Shown in pieces: positions 50,228 through 59,801 of a stretch of DNA of 64,000 bases. This DNA comes from a candidate division WOR-3 bacterium (GTDB taxonomy: Bacteria; Hydrothermota; 32-111). Position 1 is the stretch's first letter; each line of letters opens with the position of its first letter. The DNA lies in assembly GCA_037481815.1 (NCBI GenBank), contig JBBFKX010000003.1, forward strand, positions 116,255 through 180,254, given 5' to 3'. A program made the translations under genes and the position numbers. Below the pieces are notes generated by a model, which saw only the letters and a program-made list of their open reading frames with translations, was not told where the DNA came from and did no database searches.

Positions 50228-51448
50228 CTATTTCTTTTTCAGATATTGTAAAGGATTTATAGGCTTCCCATCTTTTCTCATCTCAAAATGTAAAACTGGC
50301 CCTTCAAGCGAACCCGTATCACCACCTTTTCCTATAACCTCACCTGCAAGAACCGGCTGGTTCAGCACCACATCTATTTCAGACAGATGAGCGTACAATG
50401 TATAATAACCGTTTCCATGATCTATCATCACCACATTACCATATCCTAAAAATTTATCAGCATAGATTATATCACCATCATAAACGGCGTATATAGGATC
50501 CCCGATGTTCACTTTTATATCGATTCCATTATTTATCGTTTTAGTTCCATATTTTGGATGCATAACTGAACCATAAGATGAAATCACTTTTCCATTTGCA
50601 GGCCAGATCACTTTACCCTTGTTCAGATCAAAATAATGTTTACCTTCAGAAACATCCCTTTTCTTGTCAATCTTTTTCTGAGCGATCCTCAATTTGTTTA
50701 TAAGATATTGCAAAGATTCCTGTGATTTGATCAACTCTTTTTCGATATCTGTCTGTTTTTTCTGCTCCGTCTGCAAACCTTTCAAAAATTGCTTTTTTTG
50801 CTCGATTTTATTCTGGAGTTCCTGTTTTTCTTTTTCAACTTCACTTTTCACAACAAGCAGTTGTTCTTTGCTCTGGTTGTACTCCTTTAGTTTTGTCTGA
50901 TATAACACCTGCAACTTTTTGACTTTATCATAAAGTTTTTTATCCTGTTTTGCCAAAAGCAATAGGTATCTTATCCTTTTTGCAAGATCAGCAAAAGATT
51001 TTGAGGTAAATACAACTTCAAAAGTGTGTATTTTTCCTTTTTTGTAGATGTTTATTACTCTTGTTTTTAATTTTGCTCTTCTATCGTTCAACTCATTTTG
51101 AACCTTTACAAGTTCTTTTTCAGTTGTATCTATTTTTAATGTCAAAAGTTTATCTTTTGTTTCAAGTTGTTTTATCAGAAGATCCGTTAAATATATCTCC
51201 TCATCCATCTTGTTTAAACTGTAAAGTGTTTTTGTTTCTTCAAGTTTTAACGAGTCCTTTCTCTCTTTGATCTGATTTAACTGTTTTTTGAGATCATTCA
51301 ATTTCTTCTCATTTTCACTGATCTTTTTATCAATATCATCATCAGCAAAAATCGTTGAAAAAATCAAAAGAAAAAACAGGAAACTAAAAACAACTTTTTT
51401 TGATGATACTATCAACGATATCTTCCTTTTTAACATTTTCCATCTCAC
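50228..51448 (-). CDS. coiled-coil M23/LytM-domain protein (EnvC-like murein hydrolase activator)
   Basis: Signal/anchor, about 230 aa of K/E/L/Q coiled coil, C-terminal LytM domain (GNVVMIDHGNGYYTLYAHL...LHFEMR); start uncertain (overlaps moxR). Confidence 0.75.
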   Translation of the reverse strand: MRWKMLKRKISLIVSSKKVVFSFLFFLLIFSTIFADDDIDKKISENEKKLNDLKKQLNQIKERKDSLKLEETKTLYSLNKMDEEIYLTDLLIKQLETKDKLLTLKIDTTEKELVKVQNELNDRRAKLKTRVINIYKKGKIHTFEVVFTSKSFADLAKRIRYLLLLAKQDKKLYDKVKKLQVLYQTKLKEYNQSKEQLLVVKSEVEKEKQELQNKIEQKKQFLKGLQTEQKKQTDIEKELIKSQESLQYLINKLRIAQKKIDKKRDVSEGKHYFDLNKGKVIWPANGKVISSYGSVMHPKYGTKTINNGIDIKVNIGDPIYAVYDGDIIYADKFLGYGNVVMIDHGNGYYTLYAHLSEIDVVLNQPVLAGEVIGKGGDTGSLEGPVLHFEMRKDGKPINPLQYLKKK

Positions 51449-52352
51449 CTTTGAATGACAGAATCAACCTGTGTTTTAAAACATAGGGAGCAACTTTTAC
51501 AACATCATCTATATCGGGCGTAACTCTTCCATCCATCAGTGCATATCCTTTTGCTGCAGCGATGATAAAAATTCCAGCCCTTGGACTCGCTCCCCATTTG
51601 ATATACTCTTTTACAAGATCAACTTCACTCGTTTCAGGTCTTGAGTTTCTTAAAATTTTTGAAACAGTTTCAACGATGTTCGACCCAACAGGTGCACTTT
51701 TAACATATTCCTGTATCTTTATTATATCATCCTTTTTAACTATGCCCTGATCAATTTTAAAATCTTCGTTCACGATCCTTTGTTTTAAAATCTCCATCTC
51801 ATATCTTTTTTCAGGATAATCTATCTGTATCATGAACATAAATCTATCAAGTTCCGCCTCAGGTAAAGGATATGTACCTTCCTGTTCGATCGGGTTCTGT
51901 GTGGCAAACACATTGAACGGTTTTTCGAGTTGATAATCAACACCTTCATTTGTGACCATTCTTTCTTCCATCGATTGCAAAAGTGCTGCCTGAGTTTTGG
52001 GAGGTGTTCTATTTATCTCATCGGCAAGTATTATATTTGCAAACACAGGACCTTTTATGAACTTGTACAGGGTTTCATTTCCATCCTTTCTTAGGACTGT
52101 TGTTCCAGTAATATCTGAAGGCATAAGATCCGGTGTAAACTGGATTCTACTATATTTACAATCTATGCTCTTTGCGATAAGTTTTATTATCAATGTTTTT
52201 GCAAGACCGGGAACACCAACTATTATTGAATGAGAATCACATATCAAAGTCAAAAATACCATCCTTATTATCTGATCCTGTCCTGCTACAACTTTTTTTA
52301 CATTCTCTTCTATTCTTTTATAAATTTTTGAAACATCTATGATTTCATTCAT
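51384..52352 (-). CDS. MoxR-family AAA+ ATPase
   Basis: Walker A GVPGLAKT, Walker [29 protein letters not shown]. Confidence 0.9.
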   Translation of the reverse strand: MNEIIDVSKIYKRIEENVKKVVAGQDQIIRMVFLTLICDSHSIIVGVPGLAKTLIIKLIAKSIDCKYSRIQFTPDLMPSDITGTTVLRKDGNETLYKFIKGPVFANIILADEINRTPPKTQAALLQSMEERMVTNEGVDYQLEKPFNVFATQNPIEQEGTYPLPEAELDRFMFMIQIDYPEKRYEMEILKQRIVNEDFKIDQGIVKKDDIIKIQEYVKSAPVGSNIVETVSKILRNSRPETSEVDLVKEYIKWGASPRAGIFIIAAAKGYALMDGRVTPDIDDVVKVAPYVLKHRLILSFKGEMENVKKEDIVDSIIKKSCF

Positions 52353-54876
52353 CTTTTTCCTCTAAATTCTCTTCTTCATCTGATCCTTCATCCTCTTCCC
52401 CATACTGTTGTTCATCAACATTTTTTTCACTTCCATTTCCATTCTCGTTGTATTCATGTGCTATTATCGCAACATCGACTAGTTTATCACCTTCTGCAAG
52501 GTTCATCAATCTAACACCAGCAGTGTTCCTTCCGATAACTCTTATATCCGATACTGCAATCCTTACTATCTGTCCCGATTCTGCTATCAAAAGAAGTTCA
52601 TCTTTATCAAGAACTTCGATAGCATCAACAACAGCACCGTTCCTTTCATGTGTTTTTATCGCTATTACCCCTTTTCCACCTCTATGTGTCTTTCTGTATT
52701 CCTGCATCTCTGATCTTTTTCCATATCCATTTTCTGTTGCAATAAACAGTGTCGATTCCCTTTTAACAACAACCATGCTGACAACCTCATCACCCTCTTC
52801 AAGTGTGACACCTTTAACTCCAGTTGCTCCTCTTCCCATATCTCTCACTTCATTTTCTTCAAACCTTATCGCCATTCCCCACTTTGTCACTATGATAACA
52901 TCGTTTGTTCCATCTGTTAAAGCAACATCTGCAACATTATCATTTTCATTAAGGTTGAGAGCGATTATTCCACCTTTTCGAGGATTGCTGAATGCGGAAA
53001 GTTCTGTTTTCTTTGCTATACCATTTTTTGTGATTATGAAGACAAAATGTTTATCATCAAACTCTCTTACGGGAACAGTTCCTCTGATCTCTTCATCCTT
53101 TTCAAGTTCAAGAAGGTTGACTATCGCTCTTCCTTTTGATGTTCTTCCACCTTCAGGGATCTGGAAAACTTTCAACCAGTAAACCTTTCCTTTGTTTGTG
53201 AAGAATAGAATATACTGATGTGTTGATGCGATAAAAATCTTTTCAGCGAAATCATCATCCTTTGTTGTTAATCCGATAACTCCCTTTCCCCCTCTATTCT
53301 GTTTCCTGTATGAGGAAATAGATTGTCTTTTTATATATCCCTGATGTGTTATCGTCACTATAACATTTTCATCCGCTATAAGATCCTCTATTTCAAGTTC
53401 CTCATCCTCATTTGGAACTATTTCTGTCAATCTTCCGTCTCCATACTCTTTTTTGATTTCAAGAAGTTCCTCTTTTACAACATTCAGAATATTTTTTTCA
53501 GATGAAAGTATGAATTTCAACCTTTCGATAAGTTTTATCAACTCTTCATACTCCTGATCGAGTTTCTCCCTTTCAAGGCCGGTCAACCTTGCAAGTTTCA
53601 TTTCAAGTATCGCGTTTGCCTGAATTTCTGATAGTTTAAATTTTTTCTGAAGTTTTTCTGATGCATCCTGAACATTCTCTGATGTTTTTATTATTTTTAC
53701 AACTTCATCGATATTTGAAACTGCGATTTTCAGTCCTTCAACGATGTGTGCCCTTTCCTCTGCTTTTTTCAGATCAAATTCTGTTCTTCTTCTGACAACT
53801 TCTTCTCTATGTTTTATGTAATGATGGATAATATCCTTCAATCCTAAAACTTTTGGTTCATTGTTCACAAGACAGATAAACATTATGGAATATGAGGTCT
53901 TCAGTTGAGTGTGTTTATAGAGTTGATTTAAAACAACTCTTTTCTCTGCACCTCTTTTGAGTTCAAGCACTATCCTCATTCCATCCCTATCGCTCTCATC
54001 TCTTATATCTGAAATATCTTCTATAACTTTGTTGTTAACAAGTTCAGCGATCTTTTCGATCAATTTTGCTTTATTTGTCTGATAGGGTATTTCAGTTATA
54101 ATGATCTGTTCTTTTTCATTCTTTTTTGTTTCAAATTTAACTTTTCCTTTTAAAATTATCTGCCCTTTTCCTGTCTCATACGCTTTTTTTATTCCACTTA
54201 TTCCCTGAATTATTCCACCTGTCGGGAAATCTGGTCCCTTTATATATTTCATCAACTTTTCAACACTGATTTCAGGGTTATCTATGTATGCAACCATTCC
54301 ATCAACAAGTTCTGTGATGTTATGTGGTGGAATATTTGTAGCCATTCCAACAGCGATTCCAGAAGTTCCATTCGCAAGAATGTTTGGAAACTTTGATGGG
54401 AGAACTACCGGTTCTTTGTAAGAACCATCAAAGTTTGGCATAAAGTTGACAGTATCCTTATCGATATCAACAAGCATCTCCTCAGCGATTTTTGAGAGTT
54501 TTGCTTCCGTGTACCTGTAAGCAGCAGCAGAATCACCATCTATTGAACCAAAGTTTCCCTGTCCTTTCACAAGTGGATACCTTAATGAAAAGTCCTGAAC
54601 CATTCTGACGAGTGTTTCATAAACAGCCATATCTCCATGAGGATGGTATTTACCAAGAACATCTCCAACAACTGTTGCTGACTTTTTAAACGGTTTGTTG
54701 TGGTAAAGCCCAAGTTCTTTCATCGCATAGAGTATTCTACGATGTACTGGTTTTAAACCATCACGAACATCAGGTAAAGCCCTGCTTATGATTACAGACA
54801 TTGCGTAATCGAGATAAGAGGACTTCATTTCATCTTCGATAGTTACATCAATGATTCTCTGTCTGTTGATATCCAT
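52345..54876 (-). CDS. gyrA: DNA gyrase subunit A
   Basis: [25 protein letters not shown] (QRDR), [10 protein letters not shown] (catalytic Tyr), C-terminal beta-pinwheel repeats and an acidic tail. Confidence 0.97.
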   Translation of the reverse strand: MDINRQRIIDVTIEDEMKSSYLDYAMSVIISRALPDVRDGLKPVHRRILYAMKELGLYHNKPFKKSATVVGDVLGKYHPHGDMAVYETLVRMVQDFSLRYPLVKGQGNFGSIDGDSAAAYRYTEAKLSKIAEEMLVDIDKDTVNFMPNFDGSYKEPVVLPSKFPNILANGTSGIAVGMATNIPPHNITELVDGMVAYIDNPEISVEKLMKYIKGPDFPTGGIIQGISGIKKAYETGKGQIILKGKVKFETKKNEKEQIIITEIPYQTNKAKLIEKIAELVNNKVIEDISDIRDESDRDGMRIVLELKRGAEKRVVLNQLYKHTQLKTSYSIMFICLVNNEPKVLGLKDIIHHYIKHREEVVRRRTEFDLKKAEERAHIVEGLKIAVSNIDEVVKIIKTSENVQDASEKLQKKFKLSEIQANAILEMKLARLTGLEREKLDQEYEELIKLIERLKFILSSEKNILNVVKEELLEIKKEYGDGRLTEIVPNEDEELEIEDLIADENVIVTITHQGYIKRQSISSYRKQNRGGKGVIGLTTKDDDFAEKIFIASTHQYILFFTNKGKVYWLKVFQIPEGGRTSKGRAIVNLLELEKDEEIRGTVPVREFDDKHFVFIITKNGIAKKTELSAFSNPRKGGIIALNLNENDNVADVALTDGTNDVIIVTKWGMAIRFEENEVRDMGRGATGVKGVTLEEGDEVVSMVVVKRESTLFIATENGYGKRSEMQEYRKTHRGGKGVIAIKTHERNGAVVDAIEVLDKDELLLIAESGQIVRIAVSDIRVIGRNTAGVRLMNLAEGDKLVDVAIIAHEYNENGNGSEKNVDEQQYGEEDEGSDEEENLEEKDE

Positions 54877-54888
54877 TTACAAAACTCC

Positions 54889-55191
54889 TTAGTATTGTGG
54901 ATAATTTTTATTTTTCACATTACCATTATTTTTATTGTAAACAAAATCCTCTAACGGATTTTCAAGTGTTAGATTTAGTTCAGAAAGATCCTCAGGATAC
55001 CTTCCATTGTTCATATAAAATGTTGCTATACCATTCCTTAACTTGTTAAGGTCAGATAACACTTTTGTTTTATCCGGAAGTTGTAAAACCTTTTCTGTTG
55101 TTTCTATTGTTTCTTTTTTTGTCTCACAAGCGTTGAATAACATCGATATAAATAAAATTATCATAAAAATAAATAATATTCTTTTTATCAT
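54889..55191 (-). CDS. small secreted/lipoprotein, hypothetical
   Basis: 100-aa ORF, hydrophobic N-terminus ending FNAC; the LRNGIATFYMNNGRYPEDL pattern resembles pseudopilin-like folds; weak. Confidence 0.4.
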   Translation of the reverse strand: MIKRILFIFMIILFISMLFNACETKKETIETTEKVLQLPDKTKVLSDLNKLRNGIATFYMNNGRYPEDLSELNLTLENPLEDFVYNKNNGNVKNKNYPQY

Positions 55192-55265
55192 AATAAGAAC
55201 TCCTAAAATTTAATGTTTTATTATAACAAAAAACTGAAAATCTTTCAACTAAAATCAGTTATTTT

Positions 55266-55376
55266 AAAAAATAAAAATGGGCAGATATTGAATCTGCCCG
55301 CTGAGCCCCGTAGGGCTTAACAGTTCGGCTTACGCCTTACTGGGACTTGACTACAAAACCATTTTAAGTAGAATTT
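55266..55376 (-). ncRNA. tracrRNA (predicted)
   Basis: Minus strand: AAATTCTACTTAAAATGGTTTTGTAGTCAAGTCCCAGTAAGGCGTAAGCCGAACTGTTAAGCCCTACGGGGCTCAGCGGGCAGATTCAATATCTGCCCATTTTTATTTTTT. A 36-nt anti-repeat (55339-55374) is complementary to the minus-sense repeat at 32/36 positions, with 2 G:U and 2 C:A. It is followed by a GGC-GTAA-GCC nexus-like hairpin, an AGCCC-TACG-GGGCT hairpin, and an 8-bp terminator stem (55279-55299) with a U-tract. Confidence 0.75.
55347..55374 (+). promoter_or_regulatory. predicted cas9 promoter embedded in the anti-repeat
   Basis: Plus strand TTGACT (55347-55352), 16 nt, TAGAAT (55369-55374); predicted start about 55381, 41 nt before the cas9 ATG; same architecture as the promoter in each CRISPR repeat. 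Confidence 0.45.
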
Positions 55377-55382
55377 AAAAAT

Positions 55383-55410
55383 ATTTTAACTATTTAAAAA
55401 TTTTTGTCAA
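55383..55410 (-). promoter_or_regulatory. predicted tracrRNA promoter
   Basis: Minus strand TTGACA (55410-55405), 16 nt, TAAAAT (55388-55383); predicted start about 55376, 2 nt before the anti-repeat. Confidence 0.55.
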
Positions 55411-55421
55411 GGGGGAATTTT

Positions 55422-58400
55422 ATGAAGTATGTTCTTGGTCTTGATCTTGGATACAATTCAATCGGCTGGGCTATTTTAGAACAGGATGAAAATGGTAATC
55501 CTGTAAAACTTATAAATACAGGTGTTAGATTGTTTGATCCTTCAGTAGAAGACATGGAAAAGGATGGAAAGGGAAAAACAAAAAATGTCACAAGAAGAGA
55601 GGCAAGATTAAGAAGAAGACAACTTTTTAGAAAAACGAAACGACTTGAAAAACTTTTAAATTTTTTTATAGAAAATAATTTTTTCGAAGATCAAAAAGAA
55701 AAGATTTATGATTCTTTTGAAAGGGACGAATTTTTATCCAAACTTGATAAAGAATTGTTAAATCCTTATATTTAAGAAGAAAAGGTCTTGATGAAAAACT
55801 TGAATTAAAAGAACTCGCAAGGATATTTTACCATATTGCACAACATAGAGGTTTTAAAACAACAAAACGAGAACTTGCAAAGATGGAAGATAATAATGAA
55901 AAGAAAAAAGAGTCAGGTATTGTGCAGAGTGAGATAAATTCTCTTGCTGAACAAATAAAACAATCTGGCAGTAGAACTTTGGGAGAATATTTTGCAACAC
56001 TTTTTGAAAAAGGAGAAAGAATCAGAGGAAAACATACAAGCAGAAAAATGTATGAAGAGGAGTTTGAGCAGATTTTTAAAAAACAGAAAGAGTTCTATCC
56101 AGAAATTTTAACAGATGATTTTAAGAAAAAACTTTACAAACTCATTTTCTTCCAGAGAGAATTGAAAAGCCAGAAAGATAAAGTTGGAGAATGTATTCTT
56201 GAAAAAGGTAAAAAAAGAGCACCCATTGCTCTCCTTGATTCTCAAAGGTTCAGATATATGTGCAAGGTAAACAATTTGAAACTGATTGATAAAGATACCG
56301 GAGAAATAACAGAGTTAACAAAAGAAGAAAAACAGAAAATTTTCAATGAACTCGAAAACAATGAAAAACTGACTTTTGATAAGATAAAAAAACTTCTTGG
56401 TATAAAAGACAAAGAAAGATTCATTTTCAATATAGAGAAAGGTGGAGAAAAACATATCACTGGAAACAGAACAAATGTGAAGATGAAAAAGGTTTTTGAT
56501 GATTGGGACAATTTTGATGAAGAGAAAAAGAACTCCATGATAAACGAAATCAGAACAATTGTAAAAATAGAAGCACTCGAAAGAAGAGGTTTAAAACTTG
56601 GATTTTCCCCTGAACAGGCAAAAAAATTCTCTCAGGTTGTTTTTGAAGATGGATATTTGAGTTATTCAAAAAAGGCGATCGAAAAACTTTTACCATTTTT
56701 AAAAGAAGGTTACAAAGAATATGATGCAATAAAAAAAGTTTACTCTGTTGAACTTGATAATCCAATACACGAAGAATTTGATTTTCTCCCTGAGATAGAA
56801 GATGTCATTCAAGTTAGAAATCCACTCGTTGAAAGAACCCTCTCTGAAACAAGATATCTTGTGAATTTTCTGATAAAAAAATATGGAAAACCAGAAACAA
56901 TAAAAATAGAACTTGCAAGAGAATTGAAACTTTCAAATAAACAGAAAGAACAAAAAGTAAAGGAGAATCGAGAAAACAGGAAAAGAAGAGAGGATGCAAT
57001 AGAAAAAATAAAAAATGATTTAAACATAACCGAACCAACAGAAGATCAGATTTTAAGATACCTTCTTGCAGAAGAATGTGGTTGGCATTGCCCTTATACT
57101 GGAAAATCTATTAATATAAACGACCTTTTGGGTCCTCATCCATTATTTGATATTGAGCATATAATTCCATTTGATAGATCTCTTGATAACTCTTTCTTAA
57201 ACAAAACTCTCTGCTACTCAGAAGAAAACAGAAATGTAAAACACAACAAAACACCCTATGAAGCATATTTTGGGACCGATAAGTGGGAAGCAATAATTGA
57301 AAGAGTAAAAAAATTCAATGGAAACGCCCGACTTGAAAAATTGAGAAGATTTCAGATGACACCAGAACAGGTTGAAAAACATTTTGAAGATTTTTCATCT
57401 CAATATTTGAACGACACAAGATACGCTTCAAAAGAAGCAAAAAAATATCTTGGTTTACTCTATGGTGGAATAAAAGATGATGGAATGGATAATAAAGGAA
57501 AAAGAAGAGTCATTGCAAGTTCTGGAAGAGTTACTTCAACATTAAGAAAAGCCCTTGGATTGAATACAATTTTAAACGAAGAAGATTTCAAAATAAGAGA
57601 TGACCATCGCCAGCATGCTATTGATGCTATAACAATAGCGTTAACTGATAATTCAACTATCAAAAAAATTTCTGATGCTGCAAAAAAAGAAAAATCTTTA
57701 GAAAAACTTTTCAAAAACTATCCTCTTCCATGGGAAAATTTCAGGCAGGAGGTTGAAGAAAAAATTACAAACCTTCTCGTTTCAAGAAAAGTTAACAAAA
57801 AAGTTTCAGGTCAGATACATGATGAAACATATTACAAAAAACCATTTGAAGAGAACGGTCAATCTTATACACACAAAAGAGTTAATTTGGAAAGTTTAAG
57901 TGAAAAAGATATTGACAATATAGTTGATGAAAGAATAAAAGAGATTGTAAAAACAACTCTAAACGGAGAAGATCCTAAAATCAAATTCAAAGATCCTAAA
58001 AATCATCCTTATGTCGAACAAAAAGATGGAAAAAAAGTTCAAATACATAAGGTTACAATAAAAACCAAATTTGAAACTTATAATGAAATTGGCCCAGAAA
58101 AAGCGAAAAGATATGTTCAATCAGCAGATAGCCATCATATTGAAATCTTTGAAGATTTGAAAACAGGCAAATGGGATGGATATGTTGTTTCTCTACTTGA
58201 GGCATACAAAAGAAAACAGAAAAATCTTCCAATCATAAACAGGAACTTCGGAGAGAACAAAAAATTCTTATTTTCTCTTGCAAAAGGAGAGGTTATCGAA
58301 CTTGATACTGAAGAGGGGAAAAGAGAGTTGTATGTTATAAAAAGAATAGCAGGGAACAATAAACAATTGTTGTTCACTAAAATCCATGATGCAAGAAAAT

Positions 58401-58519
58401 CTGATGAAATTAATAAAAACCCAAAAGGGCTAACAGCTGTTCCATCTGGACTACAGGCAAGAAATTGTAAAAAAGTTGTTATAAATATTCTTGGAGAAAA
58501 ACATTACGCAAATGATTGA
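55422..58519 (+). pseudogene. cas9: type II-C Cas9, about 1032 aa if repaired; interrupted by one frameshift near 55770 (true pseudogene or a sequencing/assembly error)
   Basis: ATG 55422 follows GGGGGA. Motifs in order: RuvC-I MKYVLGLDLGYNSIGWAIL (Asp at 55443-55445), bridge helix RREARLRRRQLFRKTKR, RuvC-II ETIKIELARE, HNH DIEHIIPFD...NKTL...NVKHNKTP (His at 57158-57160), RuvC-III DDHRQHAIDAITIAL. Frame 0 stops at TAA 55773-55775. Frame 2 is open from 55751 and continues LRRKGLDEKLELKELARIFYHIAQHRGFK through to 58519. Confidence 0.9.
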
Positions 58520-59432
58520 AAAAATAGTTGAGATTTCAGAAGGACCTGTAAAACTTTCTTCTGAGTATGAACAACTGATAGTATCAAAAAATGGAAGTGA
58601 AATTTTAAAAATTCCTTTAAATGAAATCGCTGTTATTCTAATTTCAACTCCACTTGCTTCAATTTCAACAAATGTAATTTCTCTAATAACCAAAAATAAA
58701 GGGATGATTGTAACCTGTGATCAATTCTATCTTCCAGTTGGTGTATTTTTACCTTATGAACTCAATTACATTCAATATGAAAGAATACAAAAACAGATTA
58801 ACGCTTCTTTGCCATTAAAAAAACAACTCTGGAAACAGATAATTTCAGAGAAAATAAATTCTCAGGCATCAGTTTTAAAAAAACATAAAGGAAACGATTT
58901 TGGACTTTTCTACATTTCACAAAAAGTTCAATCAGGTGATTCAACAAACCTTGAAGCATACTCTTCAAAAATCTACTGGAAACAACTTTTTGGAGAAAAA
59001 TTCAAACGCGATAAAGATCTACCTGGTGTTAATTCTATTTTAAACTATGGTTATACAATTTTAAGAGCGATGACAGCAAGAGCGGTCTGTTCTTCTGGAT
59101 TAAATCCAACACTTGGTATATTCCATCATAATAAATACAATACCTTCTGTCTTGCTGACGATCTTATGGAACCATATAGGCCTATAGTTGATGAGTTAAC
59201 TTATAAGTTGATGATCAACTCAGGAATACAACTCTTTTTAACAAAAGAGTTAAAAAAAGAAATCATCGAACAACTTCTGGACAAAAAATTTGAAGTTAAC
59301 AAAGAAAATTATTCACTTAACGAGTCACTGTTTAAATTAGCATCATCTCTTGTAAATGTTTATAATGGAAAAGAGAAAAAGTTAAATATTCCAACACCTT
59401 ATGAAAAGGAAAAAAACACCAACACAAAATAA
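58512..59432 (+). CDS. cas1: CRISPR-associated endonuclease Cas1 (type II)
   Basis: LNYGYTILRA...GIFHHNKYNTFCLADDLMEPYRPIVD catalytic-region pattern. The ATG at 58512 overlaps the cas9 stop (ATGATTGA); an alternative ATG lies at 58491. Confidence 0.9.
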   Translation: MIEKIVEISEGPVKLSSEYEQLIVSKNGSEILKIPLNEIAVILISTPLASISTNVISLITKNKGMIVTCDQFYLPVGVFLPYELNYIQYERIQKQINASLPLKKQLWKQIISEKINSQASVLKKHKGNDFGLFYISQKVQSGDSTNLEAYSSKIYWKQLFGEKFKRDKDLPGVNSILNYGYTILRAMTARAVCSSGLNPTLGIFHHNKYNTFCLADDLMEPYRPIVDELTYKLMINSGIQLFLTKELKKEIIEQLLDKKFEVNKENYSLNESLFKLASSLVNVYNGKEKKLNIPTPYEKEKNTNTK

Positions 59433-59751
59433 CAGATACCATTCGATGTGGATTTTAGCACTTTTCGATTTACCAACATTAACAAAAGAGGACAGAAAAA
59501 ATTACAGGGACTTTAGAAAAGAACTTTTAAAATCTGGTTTTGAACAATTACAATTTTCTGTGTATGCAAGATATGTCGGTGACGAAAAAAGAGCGGAAAC
59601 ATTTAAAAACAAAATAAAATCGGTTGTTCCACCAAAAGGTGAAGTCAGAATAATCTGTTTAACAGATATCCAGTTTGGAAAGATGGAAGTATATTATCAA
59701 AATTCCAGGAAAAAACCTGAAAAGAAACTTGAACAACTTCTACTTTTTTAA
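59401..59751 (+). CDS. cas2: CRISPR-associated endoribonuclease Cas2 (type II style)
   Basis: NRYHSMWILALFDLPTLTKEDRKNYRDFRKELLKSGFEQLQFSVYARY parallels the S. pyogenes-type Cas2 N-terminus (YRYMRMILMFDMPTDT..RK.YRKFRKFL...GF...QFSVY); overlaps the cas1 end. Confidence 0.85.
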   Translation: MKRKKTPTQNNRYHSMWILALFDLPTLTKEDRKNYRDFRKELLKSGFEQLQFSVYARYVGDEKRAETFKNKIKSVVPPKGEVRIICLTDIQFGKMEVYYQNSRKKPEKKLEQLLLF

Positions 59752-59768
59752 TCCAGTTTTAACAATAA

Positions 59769-59799
59769 ACCCTCTCATTGTGTGAACTTAAGAGAGGGT
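59769..59799 (-). terminator. hairpin between cas2 and repeat 1 (possible terminator of minus-strand array transcripts)
   Basis: ACCCTCTC (59769-59776) pairs with GAGAGGGT (59792-59799) across a 15-nt loop; on the minus strand it is followed by TTTATTGTT. Confidence 0.35.
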
Positions 59800-59801
59800 C
59801 T

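Noticed and set aside
52448-53182. 244-aa plus-strand ORF antisense to gyrA
   Set aside because: Its low-complexity S/T/P/I-rich product is typical of the antisense frame of a GAA/AAA-rich gene. It lies wholly inside a very well supported gyrA. The same reasoning applies to 49667-50146 (antisense to holB), 10372-10680, 24298-24606, 8628-9008 and the other short internal ORFs in the track.
54889-55191. Small ORF immediately upstream of the CRISPR locus as a candidate anti-CRISPR or regulator
   Set aside because: It has a hydrophobic signal/lipobox-like N-terminus and resembles another small secreted protein in the window (13112-13468). It is co-directional and tightly packed with gyrA, and there is nothing to connect it to the cas genes.
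55394-55591. 65-aa minus-strand ORF overlapping the cas9 5' end
   Set aside because: It is antisense to the RuvC-I/bridge-helix coding region and has no RBS. The minus-strand signal here is better explained by the tracrRNA promoter.
55764-55775. Programmed -1 ribosomal frameshift as an explanation for the cas9 frame change
   Set aside because: There is no X-XXY-YYZ slippery heptamer (the sequence is CCTTATATTTAA) and no obvious downstream stimulatory structure. A 1-nt deletion or a base-calling error is simpler. It cannot be fully excluded without data.
59752-59801. Possible fourth cas gene (csn2 or cas4) that would make the system II-A or II-B
   Set aside because: Only 50 bp separate cas2 from repeat 1. 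The ORFs after the array (61864-62440) are NTase-like and not Csn2/Cas4-like (no RecB-type motif or 4-Cys cluster).
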